Shown here in pieces: positions 61,389-64,000 of a DNA stretch of 64,000 nucleotides. The stretch covers positions 109,177,654 to 109,241,653 of the forward strand of contig NC_068981.1 in NCBI RefSeq assembly GCF_001194135.2. Reading direction: 5' to 3'. This DNA is from Octopus bimaculoides. Lineage: Eukaryota. Position 1 is the first letter of the stretch, and each line of letters opens with the position of its first letter. Both the position numbers and the translations under genes were made by a program. The notes below the pieces were generated by a model. That model saw only the letters and a program-made list of their open reading frames with translations. It had not been told where the DNA came from and searched no databases.

Positions 61389-63447
61389 AGCAAGTTGATA
61401 TAGTACCCTCCGTTGATGGTGTGACTCTTTTGAAGATAATCAATAACACAGCATGAATTTCCGGGGGGGGGGGGCTAAGCTCTTTTCTGCAGGTACTTGA
61501 TAACATCACAATGCCAATTTTTTTCCCCTTTTCAAGAGAAGTTGAAACTAGTTACTTTTGAAGTTTTGAGAACTGAAGAATATTGACCTACATCTTGGAA
61601 AACATATGTTACTGATAACTTATGAATACAATGTAATACACAAATAATTGGAATTTCTTCTATATCTAATAATTTCATATCACCTGATTACAACTGATAT
61701 TTTCCGTTTCTTTGAATTAATTTTTTTCTTTCCCACTCCAGGGTCTCCCAGAAATTTGGCATCATCTATACAGATGAAGTGATGCCAACAGAATAATTTC
61801 TAATGGTATTGTGCCAGGAATTTTCTTCCTTACATAAACAACTCTTGTAATTATGAGAAATATTATATGTTATTGATGCTTGAATTAACTGTCTACTCTC
61901 AATTGAGTTATTGGTCTTACACTTGTCATCATTTTCTTTCCTTCTTCCATCTCTTTCTGTTTCTTTTCCATCTCCTTTACATTGAATTTAACCCACTTTA
62001 AGGCTGTACTTTGTATATGAAGCAATTCTCTTCAGTCTTTAAAAAAATATGAATACTGATTAAAATATTGGTTAGAAACAAAAGTTGAGATAAAAGGTGT
62101 TCCCTGTATCTAAATGGAAATCTATTTGTGAAGAACCTTTAAATATACTACCTGACTCATACTCAATACTAATCTAACTTGAAATCATTTCAGACAAATT
62201 ACTGCAGCTAAAAGTTTCATAAGTGGTTTTGATGGACGTATGATGATGATGATGATGATGTATAGTATATCTACATTTGGGTCTTCCACTTAGTGTGTCT
62301 TTCTTAAACCTCCATCCCCCACAACTGTTTCCTTAATACCTTATCTCTTTTTCACTCACCTCTTGTCCTATTTATCATACAATGTTATCTGTGCATCTAA
62401 AGATCACTGTGAATCTCTCCTGTCATCTGAATCACTCTGCCCATGTAACTAATATGGTATTAGCTCTGCCCAATCCTCTCATCTCTCTAATACTCACCTT
62501 CTCTCCTATTCTGCAGTTAATCTCCACCTGTCCTTATCACTATTTCTCTCTCCCATTAAGGAAGAGGGTAACATCAGACCTGTTCATATCTAATATAGTA
62601 ATTTTTCCTGTGCAACTAATCATCACCCATTTTTTTTCAAGCAACTCATTGTTGACATCCCTTACTTTCTCTCACCATTTCCAGTCTCTGTTACTATTCC
62701 TCACTTACTATCTCTTTCTCATATTAGTAAACATGTAGCTGTCATCACTGTGTTTCTTCCATTATTCCCTTCTCTACCACTCTCTTACTTCAATAATTTT
62801 GTTTTTCTTATCATGCTCCCCTTTCACCTACTCACCTTGGTTCTTCTATCATTGCTCCCTCTTCTGTTCACTCTTAAATGAACAGAGACAGTGTAGAGAA
62901 TTGGGAACTCTTTAGCACTGTGGAGCCCAAGGTTACTTTACTAGTGCTAACATCATGATAAAATAACTCTAGAACATTATATAAGTTGGTTAATGGGTGG
63001 GTAAAGACAACATTAACTTAACATGACCCTTTAGTTTAGCCAAGGACATTATTTACTCCCTAGTGTCACAATAAAAATGTAGCATATACGCACTGTAAAA
63101 TGTTTGGTGTTTGGAAGGGAATCCCTCTATTAAAACCATATCAAAAATTATACATACAAACAAGCAGAGATACCCAGTGTTGCTCAGGATTAAAATGGCA
63201 ATGCCAGATATCTCTCCCTTTTTTATTGTTTTTCTTGTTTCAGTCATGTGACTGCAGCCATGCTGGCACACCGCCTTTACTAGAAGAAATCGAACTCAGG
63301 ATTTATTCTTTGTAAGCCTCGTACTTATTCTATTGGTTTGTTTTGCCAAACAGCTAAGTTATGGAGACACAGCAACATCGGTTGTGAAGCGATGGTGGGG
63401 GTATAAACACAGAAACACACGCACACACACACATATGTATATACATG

Positions 63448-63485
<38 letters not shown>

Positions 63486-63789
63486 CACACACACATATAT
63501 ATGAATATATATATATATACATATATATACATATATTTATACACACACATATACATATACATGTATATATATGTAAGGGAACGGCCGTGCGAACTCATAA
63601 AGGAGAAATGGTGACGAATGGAAAAACAGAGGACTCCTTTTATTTAAATGTGTCACACAGTCGAACACAGAATATATATATCAAAGATGATATACATGAT
63701 ATGTTATGCTACGATAACATAGATGACCAGTAATGAAAAACCACAACCGTATTAGATGAATAACAGAGATATTTATTATGGCGTTAGAA

Positions 63790-63925
63790 TGTATGTCTGT
63801 GTGAGAGTGTGAATGCGACATATAAGACATAATCAAAGACAGGCCGTCGTATAAAGATGTATGTCTGTGTGAGAGTGTGAATGCGACATATAAGAACATA
63901 ATCAAAGACAGGCCGTCATACAAAG
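63790..63925. repeat. Two-copy tandem repeat of about 68 nt
   Basis: TGTATGTCTGTGTGAGAGTGTGAATGCGACATATAAG...AAAGACAGGCCGTC repeated almost exactly. Confidence 0.9.
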
Positions 63926-64000
63926 AAAAGTGTGTATGTGAGTGATACATGTGTGTGAGTTATTACAGCAGATGGAAAGAGAGTCAATAACACGTGAGCA

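Noticed and set aside
61830-62060. Extended minus-strand reading frame upstream of the candidate 82-nt exon
   Set aside because: It contains an in-frame TAA, lacks a good acceptor after it, and is largely purine-rich low-complexity sequence.

Overview
This is AT-rich, microsatellite-rich animal genomic DNA, most likely Octopus (inferred from the SINE/RTE repeat families, not from a search). The only well-supported host gene is a 5'-incomplete LRRC45 orthologue on the + strand. It has 14 phase-consistent GT-AG exons from 1593 to 48988, totalling 1644 nt (547 aa plus stop), with LRRs followed by a coiled coil. Its introns and 3' flank are packed with decayed transposons: RTE LINEs, a Ty3/Gypsy element with a nested piggyBac derivative across a 439-N gap, several mariners, hAT and piggyBac MITEs, tRNA-derived SINEs, and CR1-, R4- and CRE-like fragments. 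The most notable signal is RNA-level: three unrelated type I hammerhead ribozyme motifs in Penelope-like (PLE) contexts. One lies in the inverted pLTRs of a Naiad-like PLE (58303-58379, mutated copy at 55879-55959). One is a 37-nt minimal motif at 32501-32537. A pair lies in a fold-back element (60142-60661, 13-bp TSD) that joins a tRNA-like Pol III head to a hammerhead-bearing tail, a candidate PLE-mobilised SINE. All alignments and folds were done by eye; repeat boundaries are approximate unless TSDs or TIRs are quoted.
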